NCBI GenBank assembly: GCA_035293405.1
Contig: DATDOE010000138.1
Coordinates: 46,462 to 110,461 of the forward strand
DNA from: Vicinamibacterales bacterium
Lineage (GTDB): Bacteria > Acidobacteriota > Vicinamibacteria > Vicinamibacterales > UBA2999
Direction of reading: 5' to 3'
Length of the DNA stretch: 64,000 nucleotides
Shown here: in pieces, positions 52,934 to 61,462 of the stretch
How the letters are laid out: each line of letters starts with the position of its first letter
Position numbering within the stretch: the first letter of the stretch is position 1
The notes under the pieces: generated by a model
Seen by the model: the letters and a program-made list of their open reading frames with translations, nothing else
Databases searched by the model: none
What the model was told of the DNA's origin: nothing
Made by a program: the position numbers and the translations under genes

Positions 52934-53493
52934 CGATCGGCCTCGGACGCCACCACTGGAGCAGGCGCTCCCATCACCATGCCGACGAGGGCTGCAGCGA
53001 GCAGGATGCGGACGGGCGTGACGCCGGCGGCAAGCAGACCGACGACGACTGTGGCAATGACCGCGGTTCGCACGGCAGTGGATCGTGTCGTGTACGGGCG
53101 GAGCAGGTGCCACGCGGTTGACAACACGAGCGCAGTCGCGACGAGCACACCCACCGCGATCAGCACTCGAACGATGGGATGCTGGTCGATGCGCACGATC
53201 GTCGCACTCAGCGCGACGATCAGCAGCGACGCTGGAATGGACGCCGCAGCCAACGAAGCGACGGCACCGCTCGATCCGCGCAGCAGCCAGCCGAGGCCAA
53301 CGCAGTACGCCAGGATGTTGGTGCCGGGCGTCAGACGCGAAACGGCGACCAGCAGCGCGTGCCCGTCCCCGGTCAGCCAGCCTTTGGCTGTGAGCTCACG
53401 CCGCAGCAGCTCCATCGCGGCGATGCCGCCCAGGGTACGATTGACGTCGCGGCAGACCACCCACGCCAGTTCCCGCCGTGACGGCGTCGTCAC
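52930..53493 (-). CDS. chrA: Chromate-transporter (ChrA) half-size protein, first of pair
   Basis: VNRTLGGIAAMELLRRELTAKGWLTGDGHALLVAVSRLTPGTNILAYCVGLGW. GTG 53493 overlaps the stop of the upstream hydrolase gene (GTGA). Confidence 0.7.
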   Translation of the reverse strand: MTTPSRRELAWVVCRDVNRTLGGIAAMELLRRELTAKGWLTGDGHALLVAVSRLTPGTNILAYCVGLGWLLRGSSGAVASLAAASIPASLLIVALSATIVRIDQHPIVRVLIAVGVLVATALVLSTAWHLLRPYTTRSTAVRTAVIATVVVGLLAAGVTPVRILLAAALVGMVMGAPAPVVASEADR

Positions 53494-54575
53494 GGCTGCG
53501 GCCCGTGGAGTGCCGTGCAGCGGGGATTGACCAGCTCGCGGTGCCGCATGGCGAACTGATGCAGGGGAGCTTCTGGGAGCGTGCCGTAGTCGTCCGTCCC
53601 GCTGAAGCTCCAGGGCCACGCGCCCGAGTAGCCACCCTCCACCGCGAACTCAAGATACTCGGCCAGCGTCGTCTCTGGCGGTGACGCGCCGATCGGGTGA
53701 TGTCCCGGACCATCACCAGGGAACTCACCAAGGATCACCGGGCGTGACACGCCCAGCGTCGAGGCCGGCATGCCAAACACATCGGTGTCCCGCTCCTGAT
53801 GCCTCGTGTCTGGATACGAGTGGAGCTGCACCATATCAAGACCCAGAGCCGGATCGTCCCACGCCCACAGGTTGTGAAGGCGCGCGCATCCAATCGTGGT
53901 GAACGCCCTCGTCCGCCGGTGCACGAGGTCGCTCAACGCCGTGACCAGCTCCGCCAGCACGCCGAACGTCAGCGGCCGAACCGCTCGAGGGCTGAGATCG
54001 CGTTCCCACTCCTCGACGATGAAGTCGGGCTCGTTCATGAGCTCGAAGGCCAGGATCTGTGGGCCAAGGTCGCGGCGCTCGCCGGCGTCCCCGTAGCGGG
54101 ATACCAGCGGCTCGAACACGCGCCGCACAAGCGCGTCGCGGCCCGCCGTCGCGTGAAGCACGCCCGAGCGGCCCTCGGGCAGACGGCCCTCGAGCAGCGC
54201 ACCGGTGGCGGGATCCACGATCGTCTCGCGCACGCCCTCGAACATCCACCGGTGATCGAGCAGGACGAGGTCGACCCGGATGCCAGTGTCCCGCGCGATC
54301 TCCAGGGCGGCATCCATGTCGTCAAACAGGTGCGGCGCGGGTCCGACCGGGATCCCGCGATCGTCGTACACAATCCCGCTCCTGCCGTCGCCGAAGACAA
54401 ACCACCGTGCGGCGGTGAAGCCCAGCGCCGCCATCCCGGAAAAGTCACGGGCGATGGCGTCTCGTCTGGTCGACACGCCGAGGTGCGATCCCCAGACGTT
54501 GGCGCCGAAGTCGAGGCCGTAGAAGACGGTCGTCCCGTCAGTGGACCAGGGGTAGTTGCAGCCGTGAAGGAACAT
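53490..54575 (-). CDS. TIM-barrel glycoside hydrolase (GH5-like), no signal peptide
   Basis: 361 aa. ILAFELMNEPDF has the NEP acid/base motif typical of clan GH-A. The family is not certain. Confidence 0.55.
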   Translation of the reverse strand: MFLHGCNYPWSTDGTTVFYGLDFGANVWGSHLGVSTRRDAIARDFSGMAALGFTAARWFVFGDGRSGIVYDDRGIPVGPAPHLFDDMDAALEIARDTGIRVDLVLLDHRWMFEGVRETIVDPATGALLEGRLPEGRSGVLHATAGRDALVRRVFEPLVSRYGDAGERRDLGPQILAFELMNEPDFIVEEWERDLSPRAVRPLTFGVLAELVTALSDLVHRRTRAFTTIGCARLHNLWAWDDPALGLDMVQLHSYPDTRHQERDTDVFGMPASTLGVSRPVILGEFPGDGPGHHPIGASPPETTLAEYLEFAVEGGYSGAWPWSFSGTDDYGTLPEAPLHQFAMRHRELVNPRCTALHGPQP

Positions 54576-54620
54576 TCAATTCAATGCCCAATGCCCAATG
54601 CCCAATGCTCAAGGCCCAAC
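54576..54620. repeat. Heptamer array (CAATGCC)n, left arm of an inverted pair around the four-helix-bundle gene
   Basis: ttcaattcaatgcccaatgcccaatgcccaatgctcaaggcccaac. It starts 1 nt beyond the hydrolase start codon. Confidence 0.8.
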
Positions 54621-54687
54621 GCAAGTCACTGCTGAGCGCCCAAGTCAAAAGCCTGCCCGCGCGCGATGGCTTGCGGGTTGCTACTGT

Positions 54688-55110
54688 ATGAATGACCAAC
54701 AGCGCACTCCGAGCGGCAAACCGTTCGACATCCACGAACGGCTTGAAGATTTCGCCTGTGACATAGTCCGAGCGGCGCAGTTTCTGCACACTCGTGGCCC
54801 CATCGGGCGCGCACTTTCTTATCAGCTGCTCGCAGCCGGAACATCAGCGGGCTCCAACGCAGAAGAGAGCGATGGCGCTTCCAGTCATGATGACTTCATC
54901 GCGAAGAACCGGATCGCGCTGAAGGAAGCCAAGGAGGCGAGGTTCAGGCTGCGAGTCTGCCGGCGTTGCGAGCTTCTCGACAACCGATTCGAGCCCCTGG
55001 TCATGGAGTCCGACGAGCTCGTTCGGATCCTCGGCAAGATCGTCCACAACGCCATTCGTCGGCGGAACACCGAGAAGGGAAACGGACAATCACGAATCAG
55101 GCGAACCTGA
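54688..55110 (+). CDS. Four-helix-bundle protein (23S rRNA intervening-sequence protein / Avd-like family)
   Basis: FDIHERLEDFACDIVRAAQFL...LSYQLLAAGTSAGSNAEESDGASSHDDFIAKNRIALKEAKEARFRLRV matches my memory of the TIGR02436/PF05635 pattern. Confidence 0.75.
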   Translation: MNDQQRTPSGKPFDIHERLEDFACDIVRAAQFLHTRGPIGRALSYQLLAAGTSAGSNAEESDGASSHDDFIAKNRIALKEAKEARFRLRVCRRCELLDNRFEPLVMESDELVRILGKIVHNAIRRRNTEKGNGQSRIRRT

Positions 55111-55130
55111 AGACTTCGGGCTTAGGCCTC

Positions 55131-55196
55131 GTTGGGCATTCGGCATTGAGCATTGGGCATTGTTGGGCATTGCGCATTCGGCATTGCGCATTGAGC
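55131..55196. repeat. Heptamer array (GGCATTG/GCGCATT)n, right arm of the inverted pair
   Basis: gttgggcattcggcattgagcattgggcattgttgggcattgcgcattcggcattgcgcattgagc. gcattgggcattg (55150-62) is the exact complement of the left-arm units. Confidence 0.8.
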
Positions 55197-55206
55197 TTTG
55201 TTGCAG

Positions 55207-58026
55207 TCACTTGACTTCCATCGTCGCGAGGTACTTCGTCATCAGCGCCTGCTGAGAACCTTTGTAGGCAGCCGAGTACTTGCGCAGTCTCGCGCGGTCC
55301 TCGTTCGAGAGCACGCGGCCGCCGGCGCGCACGACTTCGTACTGCGACATGATGGCCACGAGCAGCATGTCCTGATCGATGGGCTGGCGCGTGAGGAATG
55401 CCTCTGCGACCGGCAGGGCTTCGGCGTAGCGGCCGATCATGGCGTAGGCGACGGAGAGTCGCCGGGCGACCTCGTCGTTGGCGGGATCGCGATCGTAGGC
55501 GGGCTTGAGCACGTCAATCGCCGATGCCGGCTGCCCATCGCGCAGGCGCGCGTCGGCCACCATCGTGTAGACCGTGACCGGGCGCGGCTCGGTGCCGAGC
55601 GCCATCTGCCACACGCCAGCGGCATCCCGATCGCGTCCGACCGACGCGAAGCAGGCGCCCAGGTAAAACGCCGCCGGGAAGAACTCGCGGCGCGGTCCGG
55701 CCGACAGCTGGAGCTGTGTGGCGGCCTGATCGAGCTGGCCTTTCGCAAACAGATCGATGCCCCTCAGAAACGTCGCCACCGTCTGGTCACCCGCCGTCAA
55801 GGCTTCGAGCGCCGCCGCGCCATAGCGTCCGGCGCGCGCCTCGACGATCGCCGCCTTCAATCCCGGCGAACGCTTCTCGACGATGTCGAGCATCGGATTG
55901 AGGAGCTCGCCACGCAGCGCACCAGCCGCGTCGAACTTCGGCAGCGACGAGGCGAACGACACCGATGCCGCCGCCACCGCAGCCGGCGCGACGATCCTGG
56001 ATCCGGCCGCGCGCTCGAGAACAAACGGCCGCGTGAGCACACCGACGTTCTTTCCCTCGCGCGCGATCTGGGCACGGGCGACATACCGGCCAGGCGGAAG
56101 GGCCTGCGCGGCGACGATGCCGGTCGCCACACGCCATGTGGGTTGCCGGCCTTCGGCCAGTTGCGCCGGCAGCGACATCAATGCTGGTGAGTCCGGGTTG
56201 TCGGCGATCTCGAACGTCACCGTCGCCCGATCCCAGGTGGTGATCGACGTCGAGTACAGCTCCAGATACGCCGCCAGCCTGTCGTTCACGACGTGCGGCT
56301 CCACTTCGGCACGAACGCCCTGCCCCGGCGACGGCGCGTTGCCGACGATCAGATCGCCCATGGCCAGCGGCTCACCCGCCATCTTCCAGGCGTTCACGTC
56401 GCGGACCACGCTGCCTCGGCGTCCATCGGCATCGACCACGCCGAATCGCAGCGAATAGATCCCCGGCTGCAGCAGGACGCCGCTCACAAAATGCAGCGGT
56501 TCGTTCGGGCTCCCTGCCACCGGCGAAAGCGTCGCCTTGGTCACGAAGTTCGCGGCGACCTGATTGGCATCATCGATGACCAGGTATCCGACGGTGAATG
56601 GAGCGGCCGGCGCCCCCGGCTGCCCGACCTGCGCCGAGACCGTGAGGCGCACTTTCTCGCTGGCCGGATCCTGCTGCGCGAACGTCGTCACGCGCACGGG
56701 CAGGCCGGACACCCCGAACGGTGAGGTGAGTGCGTCGCGCAGGTGATCTTCTGGCGACTTCTTGGCGCTCAGCGTCGGGGACAGCACGAACGCCTGCCGG
56801 GATCTGATCGTGACATCGCGGCGCCGCACTTCGACGTCGATGCGATGGCGGTCGCCCTGGCTGTCGCTCGGCCGCTGCTCGACGCCGAGGATGTAGGACG
56901 CCGAGATCTCGGAGGCCAGCCGATCGAAGATCGGCTCGCCGGTGCCGGCGATGTAGAAGAGGCTGCCACGGGACATCGTGGCCAGCGCTTCGAGGCCTTG
57001 GACCTGCATCCGCCGATCCTGTACCTCGGTCGGGGGCTGCTCCGACACGGTGACGTCGCCACGCCTCAGATCGACCAGCATGACGTTGATCGATACGCGC
57101 GCCGCGCCGGCCAGCCGGACAATCGAGCGCAGCTCGCTCGAGTCATCGACGGCCAGGCCCTCGGAAATCAGGATCAGCGACTTGGGACCATCAACGAAGG
57201 TCAGGCGCTCGAGGACCTGACGCAGGCCGATCATCGACAGCGTGGCATCCTCTCTGACGCTACGTGCGATCTGCGAGGACTCGGCGACGATGTCGCGCTC
57301 GCATTGCGCCCGCTGTGCCGGCTCGGACGAGCGGCATTCGCGGGCCATCACCACAGCCATCGTGAGCTGATCGCGCTTCTGGTCGATGGCGATTGCTTCC
57401 GACGCGCCGAGGTTGTACTGTCCCGGCCCGGTTCGCGGCTGCTGACCGATCAGCCCCTGCATGGCGAGCCGCAGACGCAGTTTGTCGCTGGTGAAGTTGA
57501 CGCGCGGGCCTGGCTCCGGATACGTGATGAACGCGACCTGATCGAGAGGACTCAGCCGATCGAGGAAGCGCGAGGCGGCGGCCATGATCGGCCGGAGCGA
57601 TCCCGGCCTGATGTTCATCTGATCGACGGCCAGGATGATCTGCCGCCCGTTGGGCGGCGTGAGGTTGCTGGTGTAGAACGTCTCGCTCTTGTCGGCCACC
57701 TGCTTGCGCGCGGCCTCGACGTCAATCTTGACGAGCTCCGCCGACACGACACGGCGGACTTCGCCGTCCACTTTGACGGAGAACTCCGCGGCACGAAGAT
57801 CCTCGACCGGGCGGCCGTTGCGATCGACCACGGCCACATCGACCGCGACGAGATCGATCCCGGTACGGAACGTCGGCCCCTGCAGAGGATCAGACGTCGG
57901 CAGCGTCTGGGCGGGCGGTGGCGCCGGCGAGGTCTGCGGAGGCGGCGAGGGCGAGGTCTGCGGCGTCTGCGCGGCCGCGGTGTCCAGGACGGCAACCGAA
58001 AGCACAGCAGCAAGCAGGGATTTCAT
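55207..58026 (-). CDS. VWFA-related (TIGR03436-like) domain protein with C-terminal TPR region, secreted
   Basis: Signal MKSLLAAVLSVAVLDTAAAQ. FRTGIDLVAVDVAVVDRNGRPVEDLRAAEFSVKVDG is the hallmark N-terminal motif. A VWA core is present, and TPR-like helices lie at the C-terminus. Confidence 0.8.
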   Translation of the reverse strand: MKSLLAAVLSVAVLDTAAAQTPQTSPSPPPQTSPAPPPAQTLPTSDPLQGPTFRTGIDLVAVDVAVVDRNGRPVEDLRAAEFSVKVDGEVRRVVSAELVKIDVEAARKQVADKSETFYTSNLTPPNGRQIILAVDQMNIRPGSLRPIMAAASRFLDRLSPLDQVAFITYPEPGPRVNFTSDKLRLRLAMQGLIGQQPRTGPGQYNLGASEAIAIDQKRDQLTMAVVMARECRSSEPAQRAQCERDIVAESSQIARSVREDATLSMIGLRQVLERLTFVDGPKSLILISEGLAVDDSSELRSIVRLAGAARVSINVMLVDLRRGDVTVSEQPPTEVQDRRMQVQGLEALATMSRGSLFYIAGTGEPIFDRLASEISASYILGVEQRPSDSQGDRHRIDVEVRRRDVTIRSRQAFVLSPTLSAKKSPEDHLRDALTSPFGVSGLPVRVTTFAQQDPASEKVRLTVSAQVGQPGAPAAPFTVGYLVIDDANQVAANFVTKATLSPVAGSPNEPLHFVSGVLLQPGIYSLRFGVVDADGRRGSVVRDVNAWKMAGEPLAMGDLIVGNAPSPGQGVRAEVEPHVVNDRLAAYLELYSTSITTWDRATVTFEIADNPDSPALMSLPAQLAEGRQPTWRVATGIVAAQALPPGRYVARAQIAREGKNVGVLTRPFVLERAAGSRIVAPAAVAAASVSFASSLPKFDAAGALRGELLNPMLDIVEKRSPGLKAAIVEARAGRYGAAALEALTAGDQTVATFLRGIDLFAKGQLDQAATQLQLSAGPRREFFPAAFYLGACFASVGRDRDAAGVWQMALGTEPRPVTVYTMVADARLRDGQPASAIDVLKPAYDRDPANDEVARRLSVAYAMIGRYAEALPVAEAFLTRQPIDQDMLLVAIMSQYEVVRAGGRVLSNEDRARLRKYSAAYKGSQQALMTKYLATMEVK

Positions 58027-58164
58027 GCCGCGGATCTTACACGCGGATGCAGGCAGCGGGGCCCTCCTTCGCACCGTTCGAAATCGCTGCTCTCGTCGTT
58101 TTGTATCGCAGGAGAACCGACGGTTGGACGCCTCGCGCCAGCCCTCGGATGGAGGCGAATCACC

Positions 58165-58964
58165 ATGACCAACGTCGCCGTACCGTACCCAGGCAAAGCC
58201 CTCAAAACCGGGTCCACCCTCGCCGATGCCATCGTTCAGCTGCAGACGCGCCTGATTGAACGAGGGTGCGGTCCGATCAAAGTAAACGGGCGCTTCGACG
58301 CCCCGACCGAACGCGCGGTCAAACGCTTCCAGCTCAGGTTTCCTGACTCGACGGGCCAGCCGCTCGCGGTCGATGGCGTGGTCGGGCCGATCACGTGGGA
58401 CACACTCTTCGGTCCGACACCGCCCGCGGTCACCGCACCAGCGACGACGCCCTCGCTGGCCACAGCCGCTCTCGCTGTCGCAGAGTGCTCGAGATCGGGC
58501 AGATGGAGTTACCGCCTGGCTCCAACCGTGGGCCGAGGGTTGATGAATACATTCGCGCCGTGGGTCTCAATCCCGCCGGCGCATTCCCGTGGTGTGCGGC
58601 GTTTGTGTACTTTTGCTTCGGGCAGGCGGCGACAGGCGATGGCGTCGCAAACCCGGTCATCAAGACAGCCGGCGTGCTCGATCACTGGACGAAGGCGGGG
58701 AACCGAGGCGTGCGTCGCGTGCTCGGCGCCACGGCGAAGAGCTCACCCGAGCTCGTACGCCCGGGGTTCGTGTTCATCATGGACTTTGGCGGTGGCGTCG
58801 GCCACACGGGCTTCGTCGAGGGCGTGGCCGGAGGACGGCTGGTCACCATTGAGGGCAACACCAACGACGGCGGCTCGCGCGAAGGCATCGGCGTCTTCCG
58901 GCGCACCGAACGGAAGCTCGCCAGCATCAACAAGGGATTTCTCGACTACAGCGGAGGCGCCTAG
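58165..58964 (+). pseudogene. Peptidoglycan-binding (PG_binding_1) + CHAP-domain cell-wall hydrolase, reading frame broken near 58483-58487
   Basis: Frame 1 carries LQTRLIERGCGPIKVNGRFDAPTERAVKRFQL...GVVGPITWDTLF, then a P/T/A linker to ...ALAVAE. The frame shifted by -1 continues VLEIGQMELPPGSNRGPRVDEYIRAVGL...PWCAAFVYFCF...GHTGFV...IEGNTN. GGAGG lies 9 nt upstream of ATG 58165. It may instead be a sequencing error. Confidence 0.55.
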
Positions 58965-59602
58965 ATGTAGCCGAGCTCCAGCGCCTTGAGAACTGCACGC
59001 GTCCGATCGCGCACGCCCAGCTTGGAGAGGATGCTGGACGCGTGGTTCTTCACCGTCCCCTCGGCCGTGCCGAGTGCCTCGGCGATCTCACGATTGCTGT
59101 AGCCGCCGGCCATCAGCCGGAGGACTTCGACTTCGCGCTTCGTCAACGGGTCTGGCGGGCTGAGCGCTTCGAAATCGCGCAGCACGTGCTCGAGGCCGCG
59201 CAGCAGGCGCTCGGTGACGACGGGCCTGATGACGGTACCGCCGGCGACCACCGTTCGAATGGCCTCGGTCAGCCGCTCGAGCGAGACGTCTTTCAGCAGA
59301 TACCCCTTCGCGCCCGCCTTCACCCCTTCCAGCAGCGCTTCATCGTCGTCAAAGGTGGTCAGCAGGATCGTTGGTGGCAGCGTGCCCCTGCTCTGCAGCG
59401 CGCGAAGGACGTCGACGCCGCTCTTCTTCGGCATCCGCACGTCGAGGAGCACCACGTCGGGCTGTTCGCGGCCGATGACGGCGACGCCGTCTTCGCCGTC
59501 GCTGGCCTCAGCCACGATCGTGATGTCGCCGGCGAGCTCGAGCAGAGACCGGATACCCTGACGCACGAGCGTCTGGTCGTCCACCAGCACGACGCGAATC
59601 AT
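58961..59602 (-). CDS. NarL/FixJ (LuxR)-family response regulator
   Basis: MIRVVLVDDQTLVRQG...VVLLDVRMPKKSG...LTKREVEVLRLMAGGYSNREIAEAL. Confidence 0.9.
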   Translation of the reverse strand: MIRVVLVDDQTLVRQGIRSLLELAGDITIVAEASDGEDGVAVIGREQPDVVLLDVRMPKKSGVDVLRALQSRGTLPPTILLTTFDDDEALLEGVKAGAKGYLLKDVSLERLTEAIRTVVAGGTVIRPVVTERLLRGLEHVLRDFEALSPPDPLTKREVEVLRLMAGGYSNREIAEALGTAEGTVKNHASSILSKLGVRDRTRAVLKALELGYI

Positions 59603-60729
59603 GACGCGAGCCGCGGCTTCGGCATGAAGCCATGCACCTCGAAGCCCCGGCCGTCGCCCGCGCGAAACTCGACCCGCCCCGCGTATTCCTCGAACCGCTC
59701 ACGCATCCCGGTCAGACCGTTGCCCAGGGCCAGCTCTCCGGCACCGCGGCCATCGTCTCGCGCGTGAAGCGCGATGCCGTCGGCGCTCGGCTCGAGATGA
59801 ATCCAGAGGTTGCGCGCCGCCGCGTGCCGGGTGGTGTTGGTGATGATTTCCTGCACGCACTTCAGCAACGCGTCGGCCTGGGCCCCTTCCTCGATCTCCA
59901 GAACATCCGGCAGCTCGAGATGAATAGCGAGCGCGCCAGATTCGGCGACCAGCGCGCGAATGGCTGCGGCGAGATCGAAACGGCTGCTGCTGCGAAGCTG
60001 GCTGACGACGTCACGCACGTCGCTCAGGAGCAGGCGAGTGATCGCGTGTGCCTGCTGGACGTGCTCTGCGGCCTTTCCTTGAGCGAGGCGTGACGCGACA
60101 TCGAGCTGGAGACTGAGCGCCGTCAGATGATGGCCGAGCGTGTCGTGCAGGTCGCGGGAGATGCGCAATCGCTCGGCGATGCGGCTGCTCTCCGCCAGCA
60201 GTGCACGTGTGGCGTGCAGCTCTGTATTGGCCCGCGACAGCGCCTCGCGCGCGCGGCGCTCACGAACGGCGAGCGAGGCGGCCGCAAGCGCGAAGATCTG
60301 GAACCCGGCCAATGCTCCGGTCCCGGTTACCGCAGACATGGGCCCCGCCAGGCTGAGGAAGACGGCAAGCAACGCCGCGGTCTGTGCGGCCAGCCAGACG
60401 CTCGCGACGCGAGGAGAGAACTCGTCGAGTTGACCCGCGACGATGACCAGTGTCGCAGACGCGAAGATGTTTCCGCCGACGCCGATCATCACGAGTCCCG
60501 CGCACGCTTGAATCGCCATGCACACGGCGCGCGCCGAGCGCCGCTGCGAGGTGCCAAGCCAACCCAGCTCCACGAATCCGAACGCGGCGCCGAAGGCCAG
60601 AAAGGCGCTGGTCCACACGGCGATCGCGCCTGGGCTCATGCGGCCCTGGCTGATTGTCGACAGCGTCGGCAGCGCCGAGACCAGCCAAGTACCGAAGGCG
60701 GCCACAGTGAGCCATCGTTCCGTGCGCAT
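59599..60729 (-). CDS. HisKA_3-type sensor histidine kinase (membrane)
   Basis: About 5 N-terminal TM segments. RISRDLHDTLGHHLTAL H-box and a C-terminal HATPase_c. ATGA-type overlap with the regulator start. Confidence 0.85.
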   Translation of the reverse strand: MRTERWLTVAAFGTWLVSALPTLSTISQGRMSPGAIAVWTSAFLAFGAAFGFVELGWLGTSQRRSARAVCMAIQACAGLVMIGVGGNIFASATLVIVAGQLDEFSPRVASVWLAAQTAALLAVFLSLAGPMSAVTGTGALAGFQIFALAAASLAVRERRAREALSRANTELHATRALLAESSRIAERLRISRDLHDTLGHHLTALSLQLDVASRLAQGKAAEHVQQAHAITRLLLSDVRDVVSQLRSSSRFDLAAAIRALVAESGALAIHLELPDVLEIEEGAQADALLKCVQEIITNTTRHAAARNLWIHLEPSADGIALHARDDGRGAGELALGNGLTGMRERFEEYAGRVEFRAGDGRGFEVHGFMPKPRLAS

Positions 60730-60841
60730 CGACGGCCATTGTAGCGGCCGGCACGAGGCGAGGGACCGTGCCGGAAGTCATGGGTCTGTCGCGTGACCTC
60801 CGGCACATGCGGAGCCGCGCAAAGACAGCCACACTGCATGC

Positions 60842-61387
60842 ATGGTCAATCTGAAGGAGGCCGCAATGAACGGTAGGCGTCGAATGGCTCGTGAGCTCGT
60901 GATGGTGATCGCACTGGCGCTCGTCGTGTTCAGTCCGGGCGGACTGGTGCTGCTCGCGCAAGGTCCACCGGCGGGAATGCCGGACCTGGTCGGGATGCTG
61001 AAGGCCACGCCGGGCTGTCTCGGTGTGGAGGCCGCGCAAACGGCAAGCGGCAAGCAAGTGCTCTTCGCCTGGTTCGAGAACAAGAAGGCCGTGCTCAACT
61101 GGTTCTACAGTCCCGGGCACCAGCAGCTGATGAAGATGTACACGCCGACCGGCTCGAGTGGGCGAAAGCCGCTGGCGGATATCCCGGACGACAGTGGCCC
61201 GATCATGGCCATCGCATCGCTGACCGTCACGGATAAGCCGCAGGTCGGTGGCGTGCAGTTGCCGGTCTCGCAGATCGCGATCGAGCTGTATGCGCCGTTG
61301 CCTGGAGGGCTGGCCGCGGGCGGGCGCTTCGCACCGAGCACCGTGAAAGTACCGGGTCTGCTCGAAGCTCCGGCCTCGAGCCGATAG
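60842..61387 (+). CDS. Hypothetical secreted protein
   Basis: 181-aa ORF with a TM/signal segment ELVMVIALALVVFSPGGLVLLAQG. The start is uncertain (ATG 60842, 60866 or later). Confidence 0.45.
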   Translation: MVNLKEAAMNGRRRMARELVMVIALALVVFSPGGLVLLAQGPPAGMPDLVGMLKATPGCLGVEAAQTASGKQVLFAWFENKKAVLNWFYSPGHQQLMKMYTPTGSSGRKPLADIPDDSGPIMAIASLTVTDKPQVGGVQLPVSQIAIELYAPLPGGLAAGGRFAPSTVKVPGLLEAPASSR

Positions 61388-61402
61388 CCGCGCAGGCTGA
61401 AC

Positions 61403-61460
61403 GCGCAGGCTAAAGCCTGCGCTCTACGAGCTGTTGTAGAGCGGAGGCTTTAGCCTCCGC
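61403..61460. repeat. Head-to-head REP pair (BIME-like)
   Basis: The reverse complement of 61403-61427 is GTAGAGCGCAGGCTTTAGCCTGCGC. 61436-61460 is GTAGAGCGGAGGCTTTAGCCTCCGC. The pair lies between convergent genes. Confidence 0.7.
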
Positions 61461-61462
61461 GA

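Noticed and set aside
56743-58160. First 470 codons of the 748-aa plus-strand ORF 56743-58989.
   Set aside because: This part is antisense to the VWFA gene and is nonsense-like. Only the part from ATG 58165 (the PG-binding domain) looks real, and it changes frame near 58485.
58480-58490. Programmed -1 ribosomal frameshift joining the PG-binding and CHAP domains.
   Set aside because: There is no X XXY YYZ slippery site and no obvious downstream stimulatory structure. An indel or a sequencing error is more parsimonious.
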